From positions 180,001 through 212,000 of the forward strand of contig CP104013.1 of assembly GCA_025839675.1 (NCBI GenBank): DNA of 32,000 nt. Reading direction: 5' to 3'. Source of the DNA: Candidatus Lokiarchaeum ossiferum (GTDB lineage Archaea; Asgardarchaeota; Lokiarchaeia; Sigyniarchaeales; Promethearchaeaceae). The translations under genes were made by a program, and so were the position numbers. Positions 8,032 through 17,634 of this stretch are shown in pieces. The first letter of the stretch is position 1. Every line of letters begins with the position of its first letter. Below the pieces are notes generated by a model. That model was not told the DNA's origin. It searched no databases and worked only from the letters and a program-made list of their open reading frames with translations.

Positions 8032-9374
8032 TCATCATCCATCATATCCCAAAACATGGGCGGCTCGTTCGATTTTTTACTTTTACTATTTACTTTAAAT
8101 TTTGGAGCGTCTTTTTTAGATGAAAGTTTGATTTGACCTGCAGCCGCAATCTTGCTTTGTTCATGTCGTTCCTTTTTATCAATATAATTGATCGTTTGTT
8201 CCAAATGGAGTATTTTTGCTTCGGAATCGTCTGAATTCGCAGCTGAAGTATCTTTTGTAATATCTTCTGAAGTTTCATTTTGACTTCGTTTAATATTGCG
8301 CGAGGTTTTCTTTCCTTTGTTCTCTACATAATCTTTCCACAAGGCGATTTCATGCTTGATATCATGAGCTAAATGATTAAGAAATGTCTCAAAAATCTGA
8401 AAATTCGAGTTTGCACGTTTTTTGAATATATAAAATCGATCCGATTCACTTAAACTTTGAAAATCCAATATAACTCGTTCATTGAGGGCCGGATCATTTA
8501 AATCTATCATCATTTTTTTGTAATTCCACTCTTTCATATCAAAAAAATCATCTTCAAAGATATCTTGAATCACTTCCAATGTGCTTTTCGTACTTTCCGA
8601 TTTTTCCGTTGAAGATTCTTCAATGTTTGACCCATTCTGGGTTTCGAGTTGTTTTATTCGCTCTTTGTCAGCTAACTGCGATGTTCGGTAAATTCCACGA
8701 ATTGATAACCAATGGTAATATTGTCCATATATTATAATATAATCCGGATTATTAGCAAATTGTTCCAGCTTATTCCATTTGACTTTTGTATTTTGAGAGA
8801 TTTTTTTTTTTAGTTCTTTTTGGGTAAAATAAATCGCACCGGTCATATCCTCGCTATCTTGATACAAAAATTCATAGTTGAAAATTTCGGCTAAAATTTT
8901 TAATTCCAGATCCGTTTTCATGGTATGAATATTTTCCATCAACATAATTGGGGTAATATAGTCGCGATCTTGAGTGTAATTTAAATATAAATAGCCTTCT
9001 TTTAATTTTCCTTGATCTAACATGGCTTTATGAAATTGTTCTTGATTAAAAGAGTTCATTACTCGGATATCTTCATAAGTATAGTTTAAGCGATCACTGA
9101 AAAAGGAATATATCTGATCTTTGCCTTCCTTTGATGAATATCCTACAGCTTTTAATAATAAATATTGAAGAGCAATAGCATATTGCAATTCTTTTTGTTC
9201 AAATTTTGTTTTAAGAAAAATTAACTTGACTTTATTCCATGTTTTTTGTAAAAAGTCTTCAATTTCCTTATTTTGGGGTAAATCAAGTAACATAAGTAAA
9301 GCCGAAAGTCCACAACCATTCGGGTGTTGTGTATAAGTCGGAATATTACGAATTAGGGGCTTTTTACTAGACAA
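8028..9374 (-). CDS. papain-fold (peptidase C39-like) cysteine peptidase domain protein with a long charged C-terminal region
   Basis: N-terminal TQHPNGCGLSALLMLL resembles the Q-x5-CG(L/V)A(A/C)L-M-L catalytic block of C39 peptidases. A candidate catalytic His lies in IIYGQYYHWLSIRG. The rest is low complexity and acidic, ending PPMFWDMMDDD. Its stop overlaps the convergent bpsA-like stop by 4 nt. Confidence 0.4.
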   Translation of the reverse strand: MSSKKPLIRNIPTYTQHPNGCGLSALLMLLDLPQNKEIEDFLQKTWNKVKLIFLKTKFEQKELQYAIALQYLLLKAVGYSSKEGKDQIYSFFSDRLNYTYEDIRVMNSFNQEQFHKAMLDQGKLKEGYLYLNYTQDRDYITPIMLMENIHTMKTDLELKILAEIFNYEFLYQDSEDMTGAIYFTQKELKKKISQNTKVKWNKLEQFANNPDYIIIYGQYYHWLSIRGIYRTSQLADKERIKQLETQNGSNIEESSTEKSESTKSTLEVIQDIFEDDFFDMKEWNYKKMMIDLNDPALNERVILDFQSLSESDRFYIFKKRANSNFQIFETFLNHLAHDIKHEIALWKDYVENKGKKTSRNIKRSQNETSEDITKDTSAANSDDSEAKILHLEQTINYIDKKERHEQSKIAAAGQIKLSSKKDAPKFKVNSKSKKSNEPPMFWDMMDDD

Positions 9375-9590
9375 GATAAATAAAAATAGGTATTAATTCC
9401 TTTATTTATTTTGTTATTTGCTATCTTTGTTTTTTAATCACATAATCCAAAAATGGGGTTTTTCCCGACAAAATCCATTTAGTATGAGTTAATAGAGGTA
9501 GGAAATTTCTTTTAGGAATACCGTTTGGTCCTAAATTAGAAAATTAGGAATTGGGTTTCAACAATCGGTAATTTTTTTAGCGATTTTGCA

Positions 9591-9598
9591 TTTTAAAA
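9591..9598 (+). promoter_or_regulatory. TATA box (TTTTAAAA) for tRNA-Ser
   Basis: The octamer starts exactly 30 nt upstream of the first tRNA nucleotide (9621), so it is centred near -26/-27 as expected for archaeal promoters. Confidence 0.4.
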
Positions 9599-9620
9599 CT
9601 TAGATTTTTGTTCCAACTTT

Positions 9621-9703
9621 GCACGTGTATCCAAGCGGTTACGGAGCCGGATTCGAAATCCGGTGCCCTCACAGGTTCATGGGTTCAAGTCCCCTCACGT
9701 GCG
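9621..9703 (+). tRNA. tRNA-Ser (anticodon CGA), class II with long variable arm, no encoded CCA, no intron
   Basis: Hand fold: acceptor GCACGTG/CACGTGC, D stem TCC/GGA with GG in the loop, and anticodon stem CCGGA/TCCGG with loop TTCGAAA. The variable arm is 15 nt. The T arm is ATGGG-TTCAAGT-CCCCT with one U-C mismatch, and the discriminator is G. Confidence 0.8.
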
Positions 9704-9807
9704 CTTATTATTACCCTTAGATTGATAGTTATTTTTCCCTTTTCTTTAATATAGAATGGAATTCATTAAGGGGGAAAGGAAGGGATATAAATCACACCCT
9801 CAAAAAT

Positions 9808-10161
9808 TCAAGAAACTAAAATATTAACCGATTTTTTATGATCTGGATATTGAAATGGCAAAGTTTCATACATAAGGAAAAGGTTATCCAATTCATTCTC
9901 CAAATAATGATCAATAAAATGAAGATCTATTAAAATGGAATACAATTGGTAAAGGACCCCATTAATAGGAATATATCTTGCAAATTCGATGTTGATATTT
10001 GCCATATCGGAAATCTTCAAAGTTAAGTTTGGTGTTATTGCTCTATTTAGAAGAAGGAAGTTATCTTCTTTTCTTAAAAATAGGGGATAAAAAAAGGGTG
10101 CTCGAGTTCTTCTTGAATCTGTTTCAATGATATAATTCATCGATGTTTGATTCCTTTTCAT
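9808..10161 (-). CDS. hypothetical protein, overlaps the 3' end of the radical SAM gene
   Basis: 117-aa ORF on the same strand as the upstream radical SAM gene. It overlaps that gene by 38 nt, or by 17 nt if the MNYIIETD start at 10140 is used. No recognisable motif. Confidence 0.3.
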   Translation of the reverse strand: MKRNQTSMNYIIETDSRRTRAPFFYPLFLRKEDNFLLLNRAITPNLTLKISDMANINIEFARYIPINGVLYQLYSILIDLHFIDHYLENELDNLFLMYETLPFQYPDHKKSVNILVS

Positions 10162-11662
10162 CGGAATTAGTCTGTTTTGGTGACTGAAGTATTATTATTT
10201 CTTCGTTTAACTCGTCATTAATTGGAGGAATTGCGAAATGTTTCTTTTTTCTAATAAAAAGCTTTTTAATTCTATCGAGATATTTTTGTTGGCCTTTCAC
10301 CCATTTCTTGTTCAATTTATGGGCATACAGACCAATAAATAAACTGATTAGATTTCCTCTAATGAATCTACGAAAAACGTTACCAAATTTATAAAATTGG
10401 TCATGAGCCATTATTTGGGTTTGTTGTAAGTCCCAGAGTGAAAACTGCTTAGGAATGAAATTAACATGGTGGGTATCGTATTTCTCCCAATTCTGCTCTA
10501 ACAATCTATTCTCTTCAATCATTTGTTTAAAAAATCCTGTACCTGGTAAGGGAGTTAAAATTAAAAACTGAGCGCTGCCAATTTTAGATTTTATCGCAAA
10601 ATCCACGGTGCTTTGTGTTGTTGCGATATTATCACTATCGAACCCAAACACAAACATACCATGAATGTGAATTCCACGTTTTCGAATTTCTTTAATGCCA
10701 AATTGAATATCTTGAATGGATTGTGCTTTCTTCATTTCTTTCAAAGCTTCAGGGTTGACTGATTCAATTCCTATGAAAAGTACCATACAACCTGATTCTT
10801 TCAGGAGATCCATTAGTTCGGAATCTTTAGCGATATCAATCCTTACTTGTGTTACCCATTGAAATAATCCTCCAAATTCCTTCTGGTGAGAAATCATAGC
10901 TCTCAACAATTGTTTTGTACGGGTTTTGTTGGCAGAAAAATTGTCATCGTAGAAAAACAAAATATCTTTTTTAGGATTATAGCGTTTCATTTCACTTATT
11001 ATACTTTCAACGGATCTAAATCGGAATTTTTTTCCAAACATTGAGGTAACTGAACAAAATTTACAATTGAAAGGGCATCCTCGACTCGCTTGGATTGGAA
11101 TGGTCATTTTTCGTGTAATACCATTGTATGCTTTACCTCCATTATCAAGTAAAGAAAAATCGGGAAAAGGAAGACTATCTAAATTCTCGATGGGCCGACA
11201 TAAATCATTATGAGTAATTTCGCCCTTATTTATCCAAGAAAGGGAGGGAACTTCCTCAAGGTGCATATTATTATTTAATTCAGAAACAAGTTTCGGTAAG
11301 GGAATTTCGCCTTCACCTCGAATAACAAAATCGCAATGATCCAAAGCTTCATTAGGAAGGGCGGTTACGTGTGGACCTCCAAGAACTACGGGTATCCCTT
11401 TTTCCCGAAAATAATCGGCTAATCTAAAGGCATAAGTAATGGTGGGAGTGATTGAAGAAATGGCAATTAAATCTGCGTCAAGATTTCTCTCAATGATTTC
11501 GTCGGTTTTTAAAAAATAAGCTTCAACCAAATAGCCTTCTTGCTTCATTATTGTAGCCAATAACACCGAACCTAATCGAGGAAGTTCAAATTTGGAATAA
11601 ATGTGTAAATTCTCAGTTTTTGGTTCTAAAAAGATAATTTTTTTAATTGACATAAAGATCAC
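10124..11662 (-). CDS. B12-binding-domain radical SAM protein (class B)
   Basis: N-terminal Rossmann-like cobalamin-binding region (DLIAISSITPT...GIPVVLGGPHVTALP) followed by the radical SAM cluster motif SRGCPFNCKFCS (CxxxCxxC). Confidence 0.85.
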   Translation of the reverse strand: MIFMSIKKIIFLEPKTENLHIYSKFELPRLGSVLLATIMKQEGYLVEAYFLKTDEIIERNLDADLIAISSITPTITYAFRLADYFREKGIPVVLGGPHVTALPNEALDHCDFVIRGEGEIPLPKLVSELNNNMHLEEVPSLSWINKGEITHNDLCRPIENLDSLPFPDFSLLDNGGKAYNGITRKMTIPIQASRGCPFNCKFCSVTSMFGKKFRFRSVESIISEMKRYNPKKDILFFYDDNFSANKTRTKQLLRAMISHQKEFGGLFQWVTQVRIDIAKDSELMDLLKESGCMVLFIGIESVNPEALKEMKKAQSIQDIQFGIKEIRKRGIHIHGMFVFGFDSDNIATTQSTVDFAIKSKIGSAQFLILTPLPGTGFFKQMIEENRLLEQNWEKYDTHHVNFIPKQFSLWDLQQTQIMAHDQFYKFGNVFRRFIRGNLISLFIGLYAHKLNKKWVKGQQKYLDRIKKLFIRKKKHFAIPPINDELNEEIIILQSPKQTNSDEKESNIDELYH

Positions 11663-11786
11663 ATAGGATACTTGTTTGTTTGCACAAGAAGTATGTAGTT
11701 GTTAGATCAACATAGATATTTAAACCTTTTGTTAAATCTACATTGTTATTTTTAGATTTTCCCACATCAAAGCAGTCAACTTCATA

Positions 11787-12536
11787 ATGAAGAAGATCTT
11801 TGATATTAGTGTAATGGTCCGGGTTGCTAAACATTTGGAACATGGTATCTTTGAATATCGCGAAAATCGATTTGTGGGTTATTTTAAGATGAATGGGCAA
11901 TTACATAAATGCCATATACTTAACCCAGGTAGAATGGAAAATTTTCTAAACCCTGGAGCTGAAATACTGGTAGAGAATCGTAAATCTCCCAAACGTAAAA
12001 TTGCATTTTCTTTACTTTATGTGATTCATCCCAATTCATTAATATTAATTGATTCTCAGCTTCCCAATAAGATTATTAAAGAAGCATTGCAAAATCGAGT
12101 AATTGACCAGTTCAAGCATGCAAAACTCATAAAACCTGAACAAACCTATGGAAAATTAAGAAAATCACGAATTGATTTTTTGTTAGATAATTCTCTTTAC
12201 ATTGAAGTAAAAGCAACGAATTTTGTGCATGAAGGAATTGGATATTTTCCGGATGCGCCTAGTATTCGAGCTCAAAAGCATATTACTGAATTATGTGAGG
12301 TAATAGAGAAGGATTCTTCAAAGGAAGCCTATATCATTTTTCTCGCCCAAAGAACGGATATCACAGAAATTCGGCCTTTTGATAAAATCGATCCAAAAGT
12401 TGCACATTTATTGCGAGCGGGGGCGGCTAAAGGAATAAGAATGCTTGGCTTTTTAATAAAGTATGCTGAAAGTGGACATTTAGCTTGTTTGGGTGAAGAA
12501 ATTCCAATCAATTTGCAACCTTATGATGATTTTTAG
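11787..12536 (+). CDS. sfsA: SfsA-family nuclease/sugar fermentation stimulation protein homolog
   Basis: The blocks YRENRFVGYF...HKCHILNPGRM...PGAEILV, SRIDFLLDN..YIEVKA and GYFPDAPSIRAQKHITEL are collinear with E. coli SfsA. The true start may be the Met at 11814. Confidence 0.8.
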   Translation: MKKIFDISVMVRVAKHLEHGIFEYRENRFVGYFKMNGQLHKCHILNPGRMENFLNPGAEILVENRKSPKRKIAFSLLYVIHPNSLILIDSQLPNKIIKEALQNRVIDQFKHAKLIKPEQTYGKLRKSRIDFLLDNSLYIEVKATNFVHEGIGYFPDAPSIRAQKHITELCEVIEKDSSKEAYIIFLAQRTDITEIRPFDKIDPKVAHLLRAGAAKGIRMLGFLIKYAESGHLACLGEEIPINLQPYDDF

Positions 12537-12577
12537 ATAGAAAAATGGAAAAAAATGTGTTTTATTACCAAGTCAAT

Positions 12578-13765
12578 TTAGATAATGCTTAATTTTTTGC
12601 CAACTTTTTCAATGGAGGCTAAGGCTTGGTCCAAATCTTCTCGAGTTAAGGCAGCATTCATTTGAACTCGGATACGTGATAATTCACGGGCAACCATTGG
12701 GAAGACAATTGGAGTACCATAGATATTTTCTTCACGGAATAATATATCGGCTAATTGCTGGGATTTACCCGGATCTCCTACTATTAGAGGTATGATCGGT
12801 GTGCAGGAATTACCCGTATTAAAGCCTAGGGCTTGGACTTTTTCTCTAAAATAGGTTGTATTTTCCCATAACCGTTCAACAATTTCTGGTTCATTTTCAA
12901 CCACAGAGATTGCGGCATCGGCGGCTGCAACAACACTTGGAGGATGGGCAGTACTTAACAAATAGGATCGACTTTTATTGGTGACAAACTCACATAAATC
13001 TTTAGAACCAGCGACAGTTCCTCCGAAACACCCGAAACCTTTGCTTAAGGATCCTCCTTCAACATGAACTTTGCCTTGTAATCCAAAATGAGCAACTATT
13101 CCTCGTCCTTTGCCTAACATTCCTTCCCCATGGCAATCGTCTACATAGATCATAGCGCCATAAGGTTCACAAACTTTAGTTATTTCATCAAGGGGGGCCA
13201 TATCTCCATCCATGGAAAAGACTCCATCTGTAATCACTAAAATTCTTCTTGCTCCTGCGGCATCGGCTTCTTTTAAAACGCTTTCCAAATCGGAGGCATC
13301 ATTATGTTTGTAAACACCTCGTTTTGCTTTGGTTAAGCGAACCCCATCAATGATAGATCCATGATTGAGAGCATCCGATATAACATAATCTTCCTTTCCA
13401 ACTAATTGTGGAATTACTCCTTGATTCACAGCAAATCCAGTTTGACATAACAAGGAGGCTTCAACTCCTTTAAATTTAGCGAAATGTTCTTGGAATTTCT
13501 TTGTTAAATCAAAAGTTCCAGCAATTGTTGGCACTGCGCCTGCCCCCAAACCATATTTATCTAAGGCATCTCGAGCAGCTTGAACCACTTTAGGGTGAGT
13601 TGCTAATCCTAAATAATTATTTGTGTTTAGCATGAGGACTTTTTTTCCATCTACAGTTGAGTGTGGTTTAGATCCTTCTTCTAAATGGCGAATAACCCAG
13701 TTAAGATTATTGTCATAGAGATTCTTAACTTCGGTTCCGAGAAAATTTGTGGGATTTCTTGTCAT
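12578..13765 (-). CDS. kbl: 2-amino-3-ketobutyrate CoA ligase (glycine C-acetyltransferase), PLP-dependent
   Basis: Resembles Kbl/AONS family members along its full length. Blocks include DALNHGSIIDG, VFSMDGDMAPL, YVDDCHG and SLSKGFG (PLP lysine). It is divergently paired with a tdh gene. Confidence 0.85.
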   Translation of the reverse strand: MTRNPTNFLGTEVKNLYDNNLNWVIRHLEEGSKPHSTVDGKKVLMLNTNNYLGLATHPKVVQAARDALDKYGLGAGAVPTIAGTFDLTKKFQEHFAKFKGVEASLLCQTGFAVNQGVIPQLVGKEDYVISDALNHGSIIDGVRLTKAKRGVYKHNDASDLESVLKEADAAGARRILVITDGVFSMDGDMAPLDEITKVCEPYGAMIYVDDCHGEGMLGKGRGIVAHFGLQGKVHVEGGSLSKGFGCFGGTVAGSKDLCEFVTNKSRSYLLSTAHPPSVVAAADAAISVVENEPEIVERLWENTTYFREKVQALGFNTGNSCTPIIPLIVGDPGKSQQLADILFREENIYGTPIVFPMVARELSRIRVQMNAALTREDLDQALASIEKVGKKLSII

Positions 13766-14028
13766 TTTAACACCAATGAATGTTTTTTATAAATCTTGAA
13801 AATGATTTACAGCTAATCTTCATGAAAAAATTAAGAAGAGTTAGATTATAATTTTTCCCAATTCAGATTTGAATATAATTCGCCTTCAACCCCAATAAAA
13901 TGGGATGAAAATTCAGTAAAAATTATGACTGTGTTGAATTTACCTAACATTTATATGAAGTGTGAATATTTGATACCCTAGAATTAAGAAATATCTTCAA
14001 TTGAATCATTTATAGTAGCTGAAAAATA

Positions 14029-14979
14029 ATGCGAAAAATTCTTGTTATTGGAAGTTTAGGACAAATTGGGAGCGAATTAGTACCTGCTCTTCGTAAAAAA
14101 TATGGAAATGATAATGTTATCGCTTCTGATCGAAGAAATCCCGAAATCGAAAGCGAATTGGGTTCTGGACCTTTTATTAATATTGATGCTTTGGATCGAG
14201 ATGCAATCCGTCAAGTTTTGAAGGATTATCAAATTGATACGATTTATCACATGGCATCATTGTTATCTGCAACAGGAGAAAAAATGCCTCAAGCAGCATG
14301 GAATTTAAACATGAATGGGTTGATTAATGTATTAGAACTTGGGCGGGAAAATGGCATAAAAAATATCATTTGGCCAAGTTCAATTGCCGCTTTTGGTCCA
14401 ACTACCCCAAGAGATAATACACCTAACGACACGATACTCCAACCTTCAACTATGTACGGAGTCACCAAGGTTGCTGGTGAATTGTTAGCAGAATATTATT
14501 TCAATAAATATGGATTAGATACACGATCAATGCGATTACCTGGAATAATCAGTAGTGAAACCTTACCAGGAGGGGGAACTACAGATTATGCCGTTGAAAT
14601 ATTTTATGAAGCTATTAAAAATAAGCGATATACATGCTTTGTTAGTGAAGATACCGTATTACCAATGTTATACCAACCCGATTGTATTAAATGTATGGTT
14701 GATTTATTAGAAGCGGATAACTCCCATTTGAAGCATCACATCTTTAATTTAACAGGAATGAGTTTTTCTGCAGGAGAACTTGCTGCTGAAATTAAAAAAC
14801 ATATCCCAGAATTTGAAATCGAATATCGACCTGATTTTCGACAAGCAATTGCTGATACATGGCCTCGTACTATTGATGATTCGTGTGCTCGAGCAGAATG
14901 GGGCTGGAGTCCCGATTATGATCTTGCTTCTATGGTAAAGGATATGATTGACAAATTGCGTGCTAAGTTAAATGCTTAA
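14029..14979 (+). CDS. tdh: SDR-type NAD-dependent L-threonine 3-dehydrogenase
   Basis: ILVIGSLGQIGSELVPALRKKYG..NVIASD, MYGVTKVAGELL, GGGTTDYAVEIFY and PEFEIEYRPDFRQAIADTWP closely parallel the Thermoplasma-type short-chain TDH. Confidence 0.85.
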   Translation: MRKILVIGSLGQIGSELVPALRKKYGNDNVIASDRRNPEIESELGSGPFINIDALDRDAIRQVLKDYQIDTIYHMASLLSATGEKMPQAAWNLNMNGLINVLELGRENGIKNIIWPSSIAAFGPTTPRDNTPNDTILQPSTMYGVTKVAGELLAEYYFNKYGLDTRSMRLPGIISSETLPGGGTTDYAVEIFYEAIKNKRYTCFVSEDTVLPMLYQPDCIKCMVDLLEADNSHLKHHIFNLTGMSFSAGELAAEIKKHIPEFEIEYRPDFRQAIADTWPRTIDDSCARAEWGWSPDYDLASMVKDMIDKLRAKLNA

Positions 14980-15065
14980 AAAGCTCGTTTTTTTTAGAAA
15001 AAGGTATAAGAAATTAAATTCCAATTCCTTTTCTTTTTTAATTTTGTTTGTTTAAATTATCATAG

Positions 15066-15713
15066 ATGACTAATTTTGAAGAAATAATTCGGATCCCTTC
15101 ACCTATAGGCAATCTTGAGGCAAAATTTTCTAAAGGGAATAATTCAAAAAAGTTTGGAATTATTTTTTGTTGCCCGCACCCTATATATTCAGGTACGATG
15201 GATATGGAGTTAATTTCTATCATAATGTCACCCTTTATTGAAGCAGGTTATCCCACAATTCGATTCAATTATCGAGGAAAGGGAAATTCGGATGGACAAT
15301 ATGGACGGGGAATTGGAGAACGGATGGATGTACGAACAGTTTGCACCCACTATCTGTCTACTCCAAATGTCCCGCCAAAAATCGTTTTAATGGGATATTC
15401 TTTTGGGGCCGCCATTGGATCTTCAATCGTTTCTGAATTTCAAGATATAATCGGTTATGTCGCAATTTCTTATCCTTTTCCAATTAATCCCATTTATATT
15501 AAAAACGCTTCCGTATCAAGACCTAAATTGTTTTTATGGGGGGATGCTGATAAAGTAATTAGCATTTCTGCATTGGAGTCTGCTTATGCCGATCTTCAGG
15601 AACCTAAAGAAAAAAAAGTATTTCCCGGAGCAAGACATTCATGGAAAACATTTGAAGAAAATTTGGCCACTTTTATTTTTTCCTGGGTTAAAAATTTACA
15701 TTTTATTAAGTGA
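15066..15713 (+). CDS. alpha/beta hydrolase (COG2945-like), tandem paralog A
   Basis: CCPHPIYSGTM, RFNYRGKGNSDG, GERMDV and the nucleophile elbow GYSFGA. Confidence 0.7.
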   Translation: MTNFEEIIRIPSPIGNLEAKFSKGNNSKKFGIIFCCPHPIYSGTMDMELISIIMSPFIEAGYPTIRFNYRGKGNSDGQYGRGIGERMDVRTVCTHYLSTPNVPPKIVLMGYSFGAAIGSSIVSEFQDIIGYVAISYPFPINPIYIKNASVSRPKLFLWGDADKVISISALESAYADLQEPKEKKVFPGARHSWKTFEENLATFIFSWVKNLHFIK

Positions 15714-16348
15714 GAATCATGCACAATAAAAAAATTATGATCCCCAATAGTGTTGGAGTACTGGAAGCACAAATTTCCGATAGCATCGAACATTTCAAAC
15801 TGGGTTTGGTTCTATGTCATCCGCATCCTCAGTTTGGTGGAACGATGACAAATAATGTAACTGGGAAAATTTTTCATCATTTTTCTTCTTTAGGATATCC
15901 GTGTGTTCGGTTCAACTTCCGTGGTGTGGGAGCATCCTCAGGATCTTATTCCAATGGTGTCGGTGAAAGACAAGATGTGAAAGATGTGTGTAACTTCTTT
16001 TTGAAAAACAAACCGCAACTGGAAAAAATAATTATTATTGGTTATTCCTTTGGGGCAGCAATTGGTTCATCTATTGTAGATGAAATTTCAGAAATATGTG
16101 GATTTGTGGCAATATCATATCCGTTTACCTTTATTCCTGATTTTATCACAAGTTCTTATTCAAATAAACCCAAATTATTTATTATGGGAGATCAAGATGA
16201 TTTTACATCTATTGCCAGCTTTAAACGAGAGTACGAAAAATATCCAATCCCAAAAAATCAAGAGATTCTGGAAGGGATAAATCACTTTTGGAATGGGAAA
16301 GAAGAACTTGTCATTAAAAAAATTGAATGGTGGATCAATTTGCTATAA
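15710..16348 (+). CDS. alpha/beta hydrolase (COG2945-like), tandem paralog B
   Basis: CHPHPQFGGTM, RFNFRGVGASSG, GERQDV and GYSFGAAIGSSIV, the last identical to a 13-aa block in paralog A. The track start is a GTG overlapping the upstream stop, and an ATG at 15719 is an alternative start. Confidence 0.7.
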   Translation: MRIMHNKKIMIPNSVGVLEAQISDSIEHFKLGLVLCHPHPQFGGTMTNNVTGKIFHHFSSLGYPCVRFNFRGVGASSGSYSNGVGERQDVKDVCNFFLKNKPQLEKIIIIGYSFGAAIGSSIVDEISEICGFVAISYPFTFIPDFITSSYSNKPKLFIMGDQDDFTSIASFKREYEKYPIPKNQEILEGINHFWNGKEELVIKKIEWWINLL

Positions 16349-16565
16349 AATCTAAAAAATAATATACAAATCCATGAAATTCAATTTTATTAGACAAGAA
16401 ATAGATGCAATTTTTGTCTTATAGATACCAATATTCCAAGACAAACTTAGAATAATTACAGAAATATTATTATTTAACTAAGAGAAAATTAAGCTGTATT
16501 AACTAACATAAAGACTTCAAATGAAGACCTTAGTTATATCTTAATATGGATTTAATGGAAATAAA

Positions 16566-16991
16566 ATGATTCAAATCAAAAATGATGAAATGATAAAAGA
16601 TTCTTCTCACCATGCACGCGCACTAGTGTTGGATGATGATCCAGCAATATGTAAAATGCTCTCAAAGTTACTTCTTCGGCTGAAATTTGACGTTGTGTGC
16701 ACTTTTCAAGGTAAGCAAGCAATGGATGAATATAAAAAAGCTAAATCTTTAGCTGAGGGATTTGATGTTGTGATATTGGATTTAATAATACCCGGCGATA
16801 TGGGAGGTGAAGAAGCCTTTCAGCACATTTTTGAATTTGACCCTAAAGTTAGAGCCATTGTGTCTAGTGGATATTCAAAAAATCCTATAATGTCTAATTA
16901 TCAAAATTACGGGTTTAGAGCAGCTCTTCCCAAACCCTATAATTTTAGTGAATTAAGAGAAGTTATTGAAGAAATAATGCAAGTATCTTAG
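16566..16991 (+). CDS. stand-alone response regulator receiver (CheY-like)
   Basis: LVLDDD, VVILDLIIPGDMGG, IVSSGYS and LPKPYNFSEL. There is no output domain. It is very similar to the REC domain of the kinase at 2828..4678. Confidence 0.85.
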   Translation: MIQIKNDEMIKDSSHHARALVLDDDPAICKMLSKLLLRLKFDVVCTFQGKQAMDEYKKAKSLAEGFDVVILDLIIPGDMGGEEAFQHIFEFDPKVRAIVSSGYSKNPIMSNYQNYGFRAALPKPYNFSELREVIEEIMQVS

Positions 16992-17108
16992 ATTCTATAT
17001 TTTCCATGGAAAAAAGGGAAATTTGTGGTCCTTCCTTTTATTCTTGTATTCATCTAATTTTGAATCAAAATCACTTTTATATATGGAATTCCTTAAGGAT
17101 ATGTAATA

Positions 17109-17429
17109 ATGGAAGAGAATTCAATACATAAAATTATTAAATTATTACAAAATCTACCTAAAGATTTTCAAAAAAATAACATTAATGTGCTTTCAGAGAT
17201 TTTTGGCTTATTAGAGCATTTAGAAACTGTATTCGATAAACATTATCAAATTTCAAAGCCTTCGACGCATTTTACTTCAAGAAGTGAAACAACTTCCAAT
17301 ATACCTCAAATTTCAGTTCAATCAAATGCTGATGCTCAGAAGTTACAAAAAGATTTATTAAAATATTTACGCCGGACTCGTAGTTCTATGGTTCGAATAG
17401 ATCATAAGAAAATTATAGAGGATCATTAA
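17109..17429 (+). CDS. hypothetical protein
   Basis: 106-aa ATG ORF followed by a T9-C4 tract (17464-17476). No recognisable motif. Confidence 0.3.
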   Translation: MEENSIHKIIKLLQNLPKDFQKNNINVLSEIFGLLEHLETVFDKHYQISKPSTHFTSRSETTSNIPQISVQSNADAQKLQKDLLKYLRRTRSSMVRIDHKKIIEDH

Positions 17430-17634
17430 GTCTCTTAACAAAAATTAACGATCGGCATTTTGGTTTTTTTTTCCCCTTATATTTTATTTTTTATGTTCTA
17501 AAATGTGCTTTCCATTTAAATAAGATATTGAAATATGAAACAAGTAAAAAAAACTCGCTCAAAATCTAAAAGCTTTTTATGAGGCTTAACGTTTTAAATC
17601 CTATACCTCTACAAAAGTTTATGGTTATTAGACA

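Noticed and set aside
11643-11900. 85-aa minus-strand ORF between the radical SAM gene and sfsA
   Set aside because: It overlaps the radical SAM start and the sfsA start, lies in the divergent promoter region, and has no recognisable features.
12524-12577. ATGATGA (C-box-like) at the end of sfsA, considered as a possible C/D box sRNA
   Set aside because: There is no CTGA D box or terminal stem within the next 60 nt or so. Other TGATGA occurrences I saw lie inside CDSs.
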